DNA of 64,000 bases from Oscillospiraceae bacterium (GTDB lineage: Bacteria > Bacillota > Clostridia > Oscillospirales > CAG-272), in contig SVRZ01000006.1 in NCBI GenBank assembly GCA_015064555.1, forward strand, positions 13,043 to 77,042. The letters run 5' to 3'. Position numbers and translations under genes: made by a program. The notes under the pieces were generated by a model, which worked only from the letters and a program-made list of their open reading frames with translations, was not told the DNA's origin and did not search any database. Positions within the stretch are counted from its first letter, which is position 1. Each line of letters starts with the position of its first letter. Shown here one piece after another: positions 20,123 to 30,135 of this stretch.

Positions 20123-22054
20123 TTAAGTATTTAAATTAGCACGGGTATGATTGAGCAGTCCGCCTGCAAGAAGTATCTCGCGCTGTCTTTCGGTGAGTGA
20201 AAGATTGAGAAATATCTCTTTATCCCCGACACGTGCCGGTAGTCTGTCCGAGCCTTTCAGCAGAGATATCAGATCGGGTACAACGATTTCGTCACCCTCT
20301 GCGACAACGTCGTAATCATCCTCGTTTTCAAGCGTCAGAGGAAGTATGCCGAAGTTTATAAGATTTGCGGCGTGTATTCTCGCAAAGCTCTTTGCTATCA
20401 CGGCACGGATGCCGAGATAGAGAGGAACGAGCGCGGCATGCTCACGCGAGGAGCCTTGTCCGTAATTGTGACCTCCCAGTATTATTCCGCCTCCCTCGCG
20501 CTTTGCGCGCTCGGGGAAGTCGGGATCGCATACGGTGAAGCAGAATTCGGAGAGCTTCGGCACGTTCGAGCGATAGGGAAGTATTTTGGTGCCCGCAGGC
20601 ATAATGTGGTCTGTTGTGATATTGTCCCCAACCTTCAGCACGATCCTTCCCGAGAGAATTTCGTCCGGGCGAGGTCCTATGGGAATGGGTTTTATGTTAG
20701 GTCCTCTTTCGACCGCGGCATCGACTGCCGCCTCTTCGGAAAGAGGCATTTCTATAAGATTATCATTTATGAGGAATTTATCCGGAAGGGTGATCGTGGG
20801 AGCCACGCCGAGCGTGCGCGGATCGGTGAATACTCCCGATATTGCCGATGCCGCGGCGGTTTCGGGAGAAACGAGATAGACGCTTGCATCCTTCGTGCCG
20901 CTCCTGCCGAGGAAATTACGGTTGAAGGTGCGAAGGCTGATGCCGCCCGTTCCGGGAGAAAAGCCCATACCTATACACGGTCCGCACGCGCATTCGAGTA
21001 TTCTCGCTCCTGCGGCTATAAGATCGGCAAGAGCACCGCACTCGGCGAGCATCGTGTATACCTGCTTTGAGCCGGGGGAGATGGAAAGGCTGACGTCCGG
21101 ATGGACGGTCTTGCCCTTGAGCATCGCGGCTACCGTAAGAAGATCTCTGAGAGATGAATTGGTGCATGAGCCTATGCATACCTGATTTATTTTCATACCG
21201 ACAAGCTCAGATGCGCGCTTTACGTTATCGGGGGAGTGGGGGCAGGCGGCAAGCGGTTCGAGAGCCGAAAGATCAACCGTGTATTCGGCATCGTAGACTG
21301 CATCCTCGTCTGGAGAAAGCGGTATGTAATCCTGCTCTCTGCCCTCGGCACAGAGGAAGGCGCGTGTCGTTTCATCCGAGGGGAATACAGAGGTTGTCGC
21401 GCCGAGCTCTGCACCCATGTTTGTGATGGTAGCTCGCTGGGGTACCGAAAGAGATTTAACGCCCTCTCCGCCGTATTCGATTATACTGCCGACACCGCCC
21501 TTTACCGAAAGCAGTCTGAGCACCTCGAGGATCACGTCCTTTGCACTCACGTACTCGCTGAGCTTGCCGATAAGGTTCACCCTTATCATTTTCGGCATCG
21601 TTATGTAGTATGCACCGCCTCCCATGGCAACTGCCACGTCAAGACCGCCCGCACCCATGGCGAGCATTCCTATACCGCCTGCGGTGGGTGTGTGGCTGTC
21701 CGATCCGATAAGCGTCTTGCCGGGGGCAGAGAAGCGCTCGAGGTGGACCTGATGGCAGATACCGTTACCCGGACGGGAGAATCTTATACCGTGCTTTGCC
21801 GCAACCGTCTGTATGTATCTGTGGTCGTCTGCATTCTCAAAGCCTGCCTGAAGCGTATTATGGTCTATGTAAGCCACCGAGAGCTCGGTCTTTACACGGT
21901 CTATTCCCATAGCCTCAAGCTCGAGGTATGCCATAGTGCCCGTCGCATCCTGTGTGAGAGTCTGATCTATTCTGATTCCTATTTCCTCGCCGCGTACCAT
22001 TTTTCCCGATACCAGGTGGGAGGATATTATTTTTTCGGCAATGGTGTATCCCAT
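20123..22054 (-). CDS. Aconitate hydratase
   Basis: TQDATG, GICHQVH.E, DSHT, IGSCTN, CGPCIG, NRNF, TTDHI.PAG and GSSREHA motifs; start set to MGYTIAEK. Confidence 0.93.
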   Translation of the reverse strand: MGYTIAEKIISSHLVSGKMVRGEEIGIRIDQTLTQDATGTMAYLELEAMGIDRVKTELSVAYIDHNTLQAGFENADDHRYIQTVAAKHGIRFSRPGNGICHQVHLERFSAPGKTLIGSDSHTPTAGGIGMLAMGAGGLDVAVAMGGGAYYITMPKMIRVNLIGKLSEYVSAKDVILEVLRLLSVKGGVGSIIEYGGEGVKSLSVPQRATITNMGAELGATTSVFPSDETTRAFLCAEGREQDYIPLSPDEDAVYDAEYTVDLSALEPLAACPHSPDNVKRASELVGMKINQVCIGSCTNSSLRDLLTVAAMLKGKTVHPDVSLSISPGSKQVYTMLAECGALADLIAAGARILECACGPCIGMGFSPGTGGISLRTFNRNFLGRSGTKDASVYLVSPETAAASAISGVFTDPRTLGVAPTITLPDKFLINDNLIEMPLSEEAAVDAAVERGPNIKPIPIGPRPDEILSGRIVLKVGDNITTDHIMPAGTKILPYRSNVPKLSEFCFTVCDPDFPERAKREGGGIILGGHNYGQGSSREHAALVPLYLGIRAVIAKSFARIHAANLINFGILPLTLENEDDYDVVAEGDEIVVPDLISLLKGSDRLPARVGDKEIFLNLSLTERQREILLAGGLLNHTRANLNT

Positions 22055-22088
22055 ATTGCAGCTCCTTTGCCGCCGATTTTGGCGTCGT

Positions 22089-22745
22089 TTATATTTTCTT
22101 TGTTTGCGCCTTGAAGTTTTCAAGCGCGCGTCTTACGTGGATCTCGGTGAGCTTTTCCGCCTCATCGCCATCTCTGGCAAGAATGGCATCGAGTATCTCC
22201 CGATGCTCGCAGAGAGCCTCTCTTGCTCTTCGGATATTCGAGAGCGAAAAGCCGCGATATGCCTTTATATTATGGTGCAGCTCGCTGAGTATCCTGCAAA
22301 GATATCGGCTTCCCGCCGATTTGAAGATAATGCTGTGAAATTCCGAGTCCAGACGGCCGTTCATCTCGTCGTTGCTCTTTGTCAGATAAAATTCGGAGAG
22401 CTCAACGGTGGAGGTAAGCTCGCGGCGGTCATCCTCACTCATACGCTCTGCGGCGAGCCTTGCGGCAAGTCCCTCGAGCTTTATTCTTATTTCGTATATA
22501 TCCTCGATATCATCCTTTGATATACCGAGTACGGTAGCACCCTTGTTTGCCTGAAGCTCAACGAGCCCCTCCTCTGCGAGCCTGTGAAGCGCGCCCCTGA
22601 TGGGGGTACGGCTTGCATCCAGACGTTGTGATAAGGCTATCTCGCGGAGAACAGTGCCACATTCGAGCTTTCCTGTCAGTATCTCCTCCTTGAGTGTTGC
22701 GTAAACCTTATCTTCGAGCGAAAGTGTTGCCGAGTCGATTATCAT
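22089..22745 (-). CDS. GntR family (FCD domain) transcriptional regulator
   Basis: SRTPIR.AL..L..EGLV wHTH; FH and EH..I..AI FCD motifs. Confidence 0.92.
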   Translation of the reverse strand: MIIDSATLSLEDKVYATLKEEILTGKLECGTVLREIALSQRLDASRTPIRGALHRLAEEGLVELQANKGATVLGISKDDIEDIYEIRIKLEGLAARLAAERMSEDDRRELTSTVELSEFYLTKSNDEMNGRLDSEFHSIIFKSAGSRYLCRILSELHHNIKAYRGFSLSNIRRAREALCEHREILDAILARDGDEAEKLTEIHVRRALENFKAQTKKI

Positions 22746-22760
22746 AGTATATCCCTTCCT

Positions 22761-24131
22761 TTAACTGAAATATCCGTTGGAGAGTCTTGATGCTATTGTT
22801 ACAAGCTCGTCATCACCCATGACGGTATTGCGTCCGTCCGCATAGGCATGGTCGATCTCTTTTTTCATAAGCTGAATAATGCCGTCGTGCTTCGTGAGCA
22901 TTCTTTCACCCGTAAGACCGTAGTGTGTGTTCATCCAATATGCAATTCCCGCAAGGCCCGAGGTGTTTGATATTGAAACCTCCGCAGGGCGTGCAAGTAT
23001 CTTTTCGGTATCGAAGATATTGTATATCTCTGCATCCTTCATAAGTCCGTCTGCGTGTATTCCCGCGCGTGTCATATTGAAGCTTGAGCCGACGTAGGGA
23101 GTCATTGGCGGAATATCATAGTGAAGAACGTTTTTGTAGTATTCGGCTATCTCTGTAATGACCGTCGGCTCCATACCGTCAAAGCTGCCTCTTAAGGATG
23201 CGTATTCTATTACCATAGCCTCAAGCGGAACGTTTCCTGTCCTCTCGCCTATTCCGAGCAACGAGCAGTTTACTGCCGATGCGCCGTAGAGCCATGCCGA
23301 GCTTGCGTTTGCGACCGCTTTGTAGAAGTCGTTGTGGCCGTGCCACTCAAGCATCTCCGAGGTAACGTCGGAATAGTGGTGCAGTCCGTAAACTATGCCG
23401 GGCACGCTTCGCGGAAGTGCAACTCCCGTGAAGGGTACGCCGTATCCCATAGTGTCGCACATTCTGATCTTTACGGGGATGCCCGCCGAGCGCGAGAGCT
23501 CGGTCAGCTCGTTTACGAAGGGAACGACAAAGCCGTAGAAGTCGGCTCTTGTTATATCCTCGAGATGGCATCTCGGACGTATGCCTGCATCGAATGCCGA
23601 GTGCACTACCTTCAGGTAATGCTCAAGCGCCTGAGAGCGCGACATTCCGAGCTTTTTGAATATATGATAATCCGAGCAGGATACAAGGATACCCGTTTCC
23701 TTTATTCCGATATCACGAACGAGGGCGAAGTCCTCCTTCTTTGCTCTTATCCAGGTGGTTATCTCGGGAAACTTGTATCCGAGATCCATGCACATTTCGA
23801 CAGCGCGGCGATCCTTCTCCGAGTAGACGAAGAACTCGCTCTGCCTTATAATTCCGTTCGGGCCTCCGAGTCTTGCAAGCATCTTATAAAGATCGAGAAT
23901 CTCCTCGGAGGTATAGGGCGCGCGCGATTGCTGACCGTCGCGGAAGGTAGTATCTGTTATCCATATCTCGGCAGGCATATTGAGAGGAACGCGTCTGTGG
24001 TTGAACGCGATCTTGGGTATCTCATCGTAGGGGTAGATATCCCTGTAGAGATTAGGCTCAGCTACGTCCTGAAGAGAATATTTGTACTGAGATTGCTCAA
24101 GCAAGTTGCTGTATGGGCTTTTGGTGATCAT
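22761..24131 (-). CDS. Re-citrate synthase (DRE-TIM, isopropylmalate synthase superfamily)
   Basis: ITDTTFRDGQQ, LEDITRAD, HGHNDF and GERTGN motifs; operon with aconitase and IDH. Confidence 0.85.
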   Translation of the reverse strand: MITKSPYSNLLEQSQYKYSLQDVAEPNLYRDIYPYDEIPKIAFNHRRVPLNMPAEIWITDTTFRDGQQSRAPYTSEEILDLYKMLARLGGPNGIIRQSEFFVYSEKDRRAVEMCMDLGYKFPEITTWIRAKKEDFALVRDIGIKETGILVSCSDYHIFKKLGMSRSQALEHYLKVVHSAFDAGIRPRCHLEDITRADFYGFVVPFVNELTELSRSAGIPVKIRMCDTMGYGVPFTGVALPRSVPGIVYGLHHYSDVTSEMLEWHGHNDFYKAVANASSAWLYGASAVNCSLLGIGERTGNVPLEAMVIEYASLRGSFDGMEPTVITEIAEYYKNVLHYDIPPMTPYVGSSFNMTRAGIHADGLMKDAEIYNIFDTEKILARPAEVSISNTSGLAGIAYWMNTHYGLTGERMLTKHDGIIQLMKKEIDHAYADGRNTVMGDDELVTIASRLSNGYFS

Positions 24132-24235
24132 ATGGTACCTCCTGTGTATTAGCCTCGGCGGCAGAATGCGCTGAGCGTAAAAACATCCCCGGGATAGCTT
24201 GCCCGCAGACGGTCTGCGCTCCTGCTTTTTACAAA

Positions 24236-24298
24236 TTGTATTCTTGTATACAATTTACATTCTGCAAAAATTATACTACATAATTTTGTATTTGTCAA
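24236..24298 (-). promoter_or_regulatory. Consensus sigma-A promoter and putative GntR operator
   Basis: TTGACA(24298)-17-TATAAT(24275) on -; palindrome TTGTATACAA at 24244-24253. Confidence 0.7.
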
Positions 24299-24429
24299 TA
24301 GATTTTTATCAAATTGTAACTTTATTTCTTTTAAAGGATTATATATTGAAAAAAGGATTAAAATGATTTAATATTATCTTATAGGGAAAAAATTATCAGA
24401 AACCCTTCATCAAAGACTGTGACTTCATT

Positions 24430-24463
24430 GGGATCCGACGCTTCAAGGCGCGGATCTTTTTTT
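24430..24463 (+). terminator. Terminator-like hairpin in the cls leader
   Basis: GGGATCCG...CGGATCTT plus T-run, ending about 10 nt before the GGAGG RBS. Confidence 0.5.
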
Positions 24464-24482
24464 GGTTGTTTGGGAGGTAAAA

Positions 24483-26042
24483 ATGAAAAGAATACTAAAG
24501 GTCCTTTTTTCAAGATATATGCTTTGCGCCGTCTTTATACTTGCCGAGGTACTCCTTCTTTCATACCTGGTATTTTATGCATATACCTATTCGCTTATAT
24601 TCGTGCTTCTCAGCGCTATTGTGAACTTCAGCGTTCTGATAAGCCTTATAAACCGCGACACCAATCCGGAATTTAAGCTGACCTGGCTGAGTGTCGTGAC
24701 CTTCATCCCGGTGCTCGGGGGAATACTTTATCTCATATTTTATTCGCGCAAGCTCCGCAGGGGAGAGGCGAAATTCCTTGAAGATATGTATTCGGCGATC
24801 CTTGAAAACGAACAGAGCTGCGGAGAGCATGAGCGCTCGCTTTCCCGTCTTGCCGAGCTTTCTGCAATCTCGCGCCCCGATGCCGGATGCGCGCTTGCCC
24901 TGATGCGGGACGATGCCCTTTCCTGCCTGTATCACTCGTCGGGGCTTGAATATTATCCATCAGGCGAGGAGCTTTACTCTGCTATGCTTGCTGAAATGGA
25001 GAGCGCGGAGAAATATATTTTCCTTGAGTATTTCATACTTTCCTCGGGCGTTATGTGGCGAAAGATAGAGGACGTGCTTGTGAGGAAGGCGGAGGAAGGC
25101 GTGGACGTCAGACTTCTTTATGATGACTTCGGCTCGATAGGTAAGCTTCCCAAGCGCTTTTGCCGCGATATGAGGCAGAAGGGGATCAAGTGTTATGCCT
25201 TCTCGAGAATAACGCCGACTCTTTCCTCATCCCATAATAATCGCGATCATCGGAAGATATGCATCGTGGACGGCAGAACTGCCTTCACGGGAGGTATGAA
25301 CATTGCGGACGAGTATATAAATGAGCACATTCGCTTCGGGCATTGGAAGGACGGCGGAATAAAGGTCGAGGGTGAGGCAGTCCGCGGCTTTGTCCGACTG
25401 TTTCTGGCGCTCTATGACCTGACACAGCGTAAAATGAGCGATTATAAGAGCCTGTTACCTCCCGTGTCCGAGGTTGACGTGAAATCTGATGGAGGCTTTG
25501 TTATCCCATTCGGCTCCGGTCCTGCTCCTACCTATCCCGAGCCTGTGGGAAAAAATCTTCTTGTAAACGTCATATCCTCATCCGATTCCTACCTTTATAT
25601 AACGACTCCCTACCTGATAATCGACTACGATATCACCGAGGCGCTTCGGAATGCGGCAAAAAGAGGAGTGGACGTCAGGATCATTACCCCCGGCATAGCC
25701 GATAAGCGGCTGATAAAGATAATGACAAAAAGCGCCTACCCTTATCTCATAAAGGCAGGCGTAAGAATATTCGAGTATACACCCGGCTTCATACATGAGA
25801 AAATGCTCGTGTCGGATGACAGGTGCGCGCTTGTCAGCACTATAAATATGGATTACCGCAGTCTTGTGCATCACTTTGAGGACGGAGTTATGATCTACGG
25901 AGATAGGGTGATCCCAAGGATGCGTGACAGCTTTCTGAAAACAGAAGGCGCATCCTCGGAGATAACTCCCCGGGATGCGCACCTTGGATTTGCAGAAAGG
26001 ATATGCAGAGATCTTATAAGAGTATTTGCACCGCTTCTGTAG
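24483..26042 (+). CDS. cls: Cardiolipin synthase
   Basis: Two HKD motifs (HRKICIVD, HEKMLVSD); N-terminal TM helices. Confidence 0.92.
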   Translation: MKRILKVLFSRYMLCAVFILAEVLLLSYLVFYAYTYSLIFVLLSAIVNFSVLISLINRDTNPEFKLTWLSVVTFIPVLGGILYLIFYSRKLRRGEAKFLEDMYSAILENEQSCGEHERSLSRLAELSAISRPDAGCALALMRDDALSCLYHSSGLEYYPSGEELYSAMLAEMESAEKYIFLEYFILSSGVMWRKIEDVLVRKAEEGVDVRLLYDDFGSIGKLPKRFCRDMRQKGIKCYAFSRITPTLSSSHNNRDHRKICIVDGRTAFTGGMNIADEYINEHIRFGHWKDGGIKVEGEAVRGFVRLFLALYDLTQRKMSDYKSLLPPVSEVDVKSDGGFVIPFGSGPAPTYPEPVGKNLLVNVISSSDSYLYITTPYLIIDYDITEALRNAAKRGVDVRIITPGIADKRLIKIMTKSAYPYLIKAGVRIFEYTPGFIHEKMLVSDDRCALVSTINMDYRSLVHHFEDGVMIYGDRVIPRMRDSFLKTEGASSEITPRDAHLGFAERICRDLIRVFAPLL

Positions 26043-26044
26043 GA

Positions 26045-26785
26045 TCATAGCGACTCTATTGCAAATATAACGTAATCAAGCTCCTGAAGCTTATCTACCA
26101 CCTCATCGAGAACTACCTTATGCTTCTTGGATGAGATTATACTTACCTCGATGCCTATGTTGCCCGTAATACCGCTTCTCGGAACGGTTACCTGAACGTC
26201 GTGTGCACGGTATGAATCCTTCATAAAGGTTATGAATTCATTGACCTTTTTATCCGAGTTTATCTCGGTGTAAACACCGAAGCTCAGGTGGTTTGCGTTT
26301 ATTTTGCGCTCGAGCTTGTGAAGGACGAGGATAGTGAATACGGTTACCGCAAGCGCGACAAGCGCACCCTCGTAGAAGCCCGCGCCGAGAGATATACCGA
26401 TAGCGGCTGTAACCCAGAGTCCCGCCGCGGTGGTAAGACCGACTATCTGGAAACGGCCCTTGATCATTATTGATCCTACACCGAGGAAGCCTATGCCCGA
26501 AATAACCTGCGCGCTGACTCTGAGAGGATCGGAAACCGACACGTTCAGAAGATTTGCAAGAGCGGTGCTCGTAAAGATACCGAGCGTTGCTGTAAGGGCA
26601 GAGCCGAGACATACGAGCGTATGCGTTCTGAGTCCTGCCGCACGGCGCTGGCGGCCTCTCTCAAGACCTATCACCGCGCCGAAGAGCGCCGCGAGTATAA
26701 GTCTTATGATTACGGTTATTATGTTGAGATCACGCATGAATTTAATGAATTCAAGCGATTCGTATGATTCTAAAATAGCACTCAT
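26045..26785 (-). CDS. MgtC/SapB family membrane protein
   Basis: IGLER....AGLRTH.LV, AQVISGIGFLG and GLTTAAGLW motifs. Confidence 0.92.
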   Translation of the reverse strand: MSAILESYESLEFIKFMRDLNIITVIIRLILAALFGAVIGLERGRQRRAAGLRTHTLVCLGSALTATLGIFTSTALANLLNVSVSDPLRVSAQVISGIGFLGVGSIMIKGRFQIVGLTTAAGLWVTAAIGISLGAGFYEGALVALAVTVFTILVLHKLERKINANHLSFGVYTEINSDKKVNEFITFMKDSYRAHDVQVTVPRSGITGNIGIEVSIISSKKHKVVLDEVVDKLQELDYVIFAIESL

Positions 26786-26938
26786 TTTATCTTTTCCTGT
26801 CTGTATGTTTTTGTATTAATATTATACAACGAAATGTTGATTTTGTCAACATATATTATAAAAATAACTAAAAAGACTTGAAAATCGGAGAGAAAACTGC
26901 TATTATATTTCTGTAAACGTTGAAAAAGGAGAACGAAG

Positions 26939-27598
26939 ATGATAAGCTATGACGTTATAAGAAAAGATAGCGCCGTCAATGCCTATATAGCCGCCGCGGA
27001 TTCTGCGCTTGCAGCCCTTGGATACACCGAGCACAATATACCGCATCTGACCACGGTTGCCGAGAGGGCGGCGGATATACTGAAGGGGCTCGGCTATGAC
27101 GGGCACACGGTTGAGCTTGCGAGGATAGCGGGATATCTGCATGATATAGGAAATGTGGTGAACCGTGTCAATCACTCGCAGTCGGGAGCACTTATCGCCT
27201 TTGATATATTGAACAGATATAATATGCCTCCCGAGGATATAGCCGAAATCATTTCGGCTATCGGAAATCACGATGAGGGAACCGGCGTTCCGATAAGCCC
27301 TATCGCCGCCGCGCTCATCATAGCGGATAAGTCGGACGTAAGAAAATCGAGAGTCAGAAATCCCGATGCAAGAAGCTTTGATATCCATGACCGTGTAAAC
27401 TTTTCGGTAATGGAATCGGCGTTAGCCCTCTCGCGTGATCGTTCTGAGATAACGCTCGTCCTCGCGGTCGATACCGCTGTGAGCCCTATTATGGATTATT
27501 TCGAGATATTCCTTGAGCGTATGAAATTATGCCGTGCCGCCGCTATACACCTCGGAATTGCATTCCATCTTTTTATGAACGGTCAGCAGTTTGCATAA
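26939..27598 (+). CDS. HD domain phosphohydrolase
   Basis: GYTEH..H, LHDIGN, NHDE and IIADKSD motifs. Confidence 0.9.
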   Translation: MISYDVIRKDSAVNAYIAAADSALAALGYTEHNIPHLTTVAERAADILKGLGYDGHTVELARIAGYLHDIGNVVNRVNHSQSGALIAFDILNRYNMPPEDIAEIISAIGNHDEGTGVPISPIAAALIIADKSDVRKSRVRNPDARSFDIHDRVNFSVMESALALSRDRSEITLVLAVDTAVSPIMDYFEIFLERMKLCRAAAIHLGIAFHLFMNGQQFA

Positions 27599-27685
27599 GG
27601 ATGCGGCTTGCCTTGATGAAGGTGCTTGCGCATTCGGGGGCAGCTCGGTTTTTTTGAACTTCAGCTACTCTCTTTTGATACAATA

Positions 27686-27736
27686 AAGCACAGCCCGATT
27701 CGTTTGAAGCGGATCGGTGCTGTGTTTGCTTTTTTT
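27686..27736. terminator. Terminator between convergent genes
   Basis: AAGCACAGCCCGATTCG...CGGATCGGTGCTGTGTTT plus T-run. Confidence 0.7.
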
Positions 27737-27812
27737 GTCAGGCTACGCTCGGATCACTCGGCTGCTTTTCGTGTGCCGTTTACCGATCGCGGCCGAGCTT
27801 TTTTGCGAGATA

Positions 27813-28289
27813 TCAGTCATCCCGGCTCTCGTTTACGCTTCCATAAGGGTGCTCGGGCGGCGCGTAGATGCTGACAAGCTTAAGCGGCTCGCGCCCTGTG
27901 TTTCTGATATTGTGAAGAGTGCCGGACGGTATCATAATTCCGCTTCCTTCGCCCGCGGTCTTTTTTACTGCCGGCGCGTTTTCCTTACCCCCTAGGAATA
28001 CCTCGGCGGTGCCGTCGGTTATCAGGACGAGCTGATCTCCGCCGTTATGAACCTCCCAGCCGATATCCTCATCTGCGGGGATGTGCATAAGTGCGATTTG
28101 CATATGCTTTCCTGTCCAGATCACGCGCCTGTATGCGAGGTTCGCCCTACCGAGCGTCTCGAGATCAAAAACGTAAGGTGCATTACCCTTGTCATCTGTA
28201 ATTCCGCCCTGCGAGCAGGGCGTGCCCTTGGTAGCTGTGCTGCTTTTCAGATTTATAATGCGGCTGAGATCCGGCCGTTTGAATTTCAT
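27813..28289 (-). CDS. Cupin domain protein
   Basis: IG.EVH...DQ, IP.GT.HNI.N.G..PLKL.SIYAPP.H motifs. Confidence 0.88.
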   Translation of the reverse strand: MKFKRPDLSRIINLKSSTATKGTPCSQGGITDDKGNAPYVFDLETLGRANLAYRRVIWTGKHMQIALMHIPADEDIGWEVHNGGDQLVLITDGTAEVFLGGKENAPAVKKTAGEGSGIMIPSGTLHNIRNTGREPLKLVSIYAPPEHPYGSVNESRDD

Positions 28290-28415
28290 GTATATCCACC
28301 TCTCTGTAAGTATAATTCGCTTGTGCTATATTCATAATACGCACAGAAAGGATAGAGTGTGAAAAATATTCGCCGTTTATTCGAATACGTTTGCATATTT
28401 TTGTTATAATGCAAT

Positions 28416-28460
28416 AAAAGACGGTAGCTCAAGTTCAAAAAACTTGAGCTACCGTCTTTT
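28416..28460 (-). terminator. Intrinsic terminator of the nagA-tcdA-GDPD operon
   Basis: Perfect 20-bp inverted repeat AAAAGACGGTAGCTCAAGTT/AACTTGAGCTACCGTCTTTT. Confidence 0.85.
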
Positions 28461-28510
28461 TGCCTTTTCTCGCAAAAAAATCTGTAATTCTTACCTGAAG
28501 CGGATATAAA

Positions 28511-29350
28511 TTATTTTTTGCGGTAGAGAAGGCCGTTTTTATCCAGATGATCGATGAGCATACCCGTCCAGTCGGTTTGTATAAAGTCAAATCCGCGCCT
28601 TGCCAGCCAGCTCCATCCGCGATCGGGATCGCCCCAGAGAGCCGTGTCATCCGAATGACCTGCGGTGAGCTGTGCTTTCGAGTTGTAAATTATGGCATTC
28701 GCCCAGACGAGCTTTCCGTCGCGGTGCATCATTCCGATGAATTTCTCGCTTGCGACCTCGTCATCCTCTGTATCAAAGATAACCTCGGCACCGATATAAT
28801 TTATCCCGGATGCCATAAGCTCCTTATGCTTCGGATGAGTCTTGTTCACTATCGGCATATAGGGGACGTCGGGCGCGAGCTCGCGGAGCACCGAGAGCAC
28901 CTTTTCGGTGGGAGTGGATTTGACAAGCACGTTATCGGTTATGCCGTGTCGCTTTATGGAGCGATATATTTCGGTAGGGTGATCCCAGAATTTATCAACG
29001 TTTATAAGGCACCTTCTGCCGAACTGCTCAAAGACCTCGTCGAGGGTGCAGAGCCCGTAAGGTGTCGGAGTGCGGTCGCAGTTAAGGTATCGGAGCTGCT
29101 TTACCTCCTCTGCGGTCATTTCGGGGATGCGTACATCCTGACCGAGGTGAGGCTTTTCCATGCCGGGATGGAATATGAACAATTCTCCGTCGCGGCTCAT
29201 GCTGACGTCGATCTCTATCATATCCGCTCCCTGTGTCAGAGCGGCATTGTATGCCGCGATAGTGTTGCAGGGGATATTACCTCCCGCCACGCCTCTGTGC
29301 GCTACGATTATTATCTTTTCCTTCGCTTTTTCAAATATAGGTGATGCCAT
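28511..29350 (-). CDS. Glycerophosphodiester phosphodiesterase family protein
   Basis: VAHRG, GADMIEIDV..S.DG...IFH and G.D.IQTD motifs; GGAGG upstream of the ATG at 29350. Confidence 0.85.
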   Translation of the reverse strand: MASPIFEKAKEKIIIVAHRGVAGGNIPCNTIAAYNAALTQGADMIEIDVSMSRDGELFIFHPGMEKPHLGQDVRIPEMTAEEVKQLRYLNCDRTPTPYGLCTLDEVFEQFGRRCLINVDKFWDHPTEIYRSIKRHGITDNVLVKSTPTEKVLSVLRELAPDVPYMPIVNKTHPKHKELMASGINYIGAEVIFDTEDDEVASEKFIGMMHRDGKLVWANAIIYNSKAQLTAGHSDDTALWGDPDRGWSWLARRGFDFIQTDWTGMLIDHLDKNGLLYRKK

Positions 29351-29375
29351 GATCCTATCCTCCGAGATTTGAATT

Positions 29376-30104
29376 TCAGTTTTCGCTCTTGGGTACATAT
29401 TCTCTTGTGAGATCCTTTATGACCTCACCCGCTATTATAAGCCCTGCAACCGAGGGCACGAATGATATGCTTGCGGGTGGGATGCGTCCGTCCTCGGGGG
29501 CTTCCGTTACTATCGGGCGGCGCGCCTTCTCGCGTGAGTAGACTACCTTCAGGTGCTTGATCCCGCGCTTTTTCAGCTCGGTACGCATTACCCGTGCTAA
29601 GGGACAAACCGATGTTTCATAGATATCAGCCACCTCAAAGGCGGTGGGATCAAGCTTGTTTCCTGCTCCCATAGCCGCAATCAGCGGAACTTTCGCGCTT
29701 TGACACAGCTCGGCGAGAGCGAGCTTGCCCTTGACAAAATCTATAGCATCAATGACGTAAGAATAATCGGAGAAATTAAATTCCTTTGCGCTTGAATCAT
29801 CGAAGAAAATGGGGTACTTTTTTACACGGCACAGGGGATTTATTGAAAGTATGCGCTCTTCTGCCGCATCGGTCTTAAGCATTCCCACAGTCTTCTCTGT
29901 TGCGATTATCTGCCTGTTGATGTTGGATATCGAAACTCTGTCCGCATCGATCAGGTCTACGGCGCCGACACCGGCTCTTACAAGCGCCTCAACGGCATAT
30001 CCGCCGACTCCGCCCACACCGAAAACGGCAACCCTCGCTTTCTTTAGAGCATTGACGGCATCCTCGCCGATAAGCATAGCCGTTCTTGAATTCTTTTCTT
30101 CCAT
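29376..30104 (-). CDS. tcdA: tRNA threonylcarbamoyladenosine dehydratase (ThiF family)
   Basis: GVGGVG, SNINRQ, MGAGNKLDP and CPLARVMR motifs. Confidence 0.88.
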   Translation of the reverse strand: MEEKNSRTAMLIGEDAVNALKKARVAVFGVGGVGGYAVEALVRAGVGAVDLIDADRVSISNINRQIIATEKTVGMLKTDAAEERILSINPLCRVKKYPIFFDDSSAKEFNFSDYSYVIDAIDFVKGKLALAELCQSAKVPLIAAMGAGNKLDPTAFEVADIYETSVCPLARVMRTELKKRGIKHLKVVYSREKARRPIVTEAPEDGRIPPASISFVPSVAGLIIAGEVIKDLTREYVPKSEN

Positions 30105-30135
30105 AATATTTCCTTTTTGGTGATTTTGTAAACGA

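Noticed and set aside
22055-22123. Basic N-terminal extension of aconitase overlapping gntR
   Set aside because: The conserved start is MGYTIAEK at 22054, preceded by AGGAG
28402-28460. TGtTATAAT on the + strand pointing into the terminator hairpin (tiny antisense RNA)
   Set aside because: No convincing -35, and the AT-rich context makes a chance match likely
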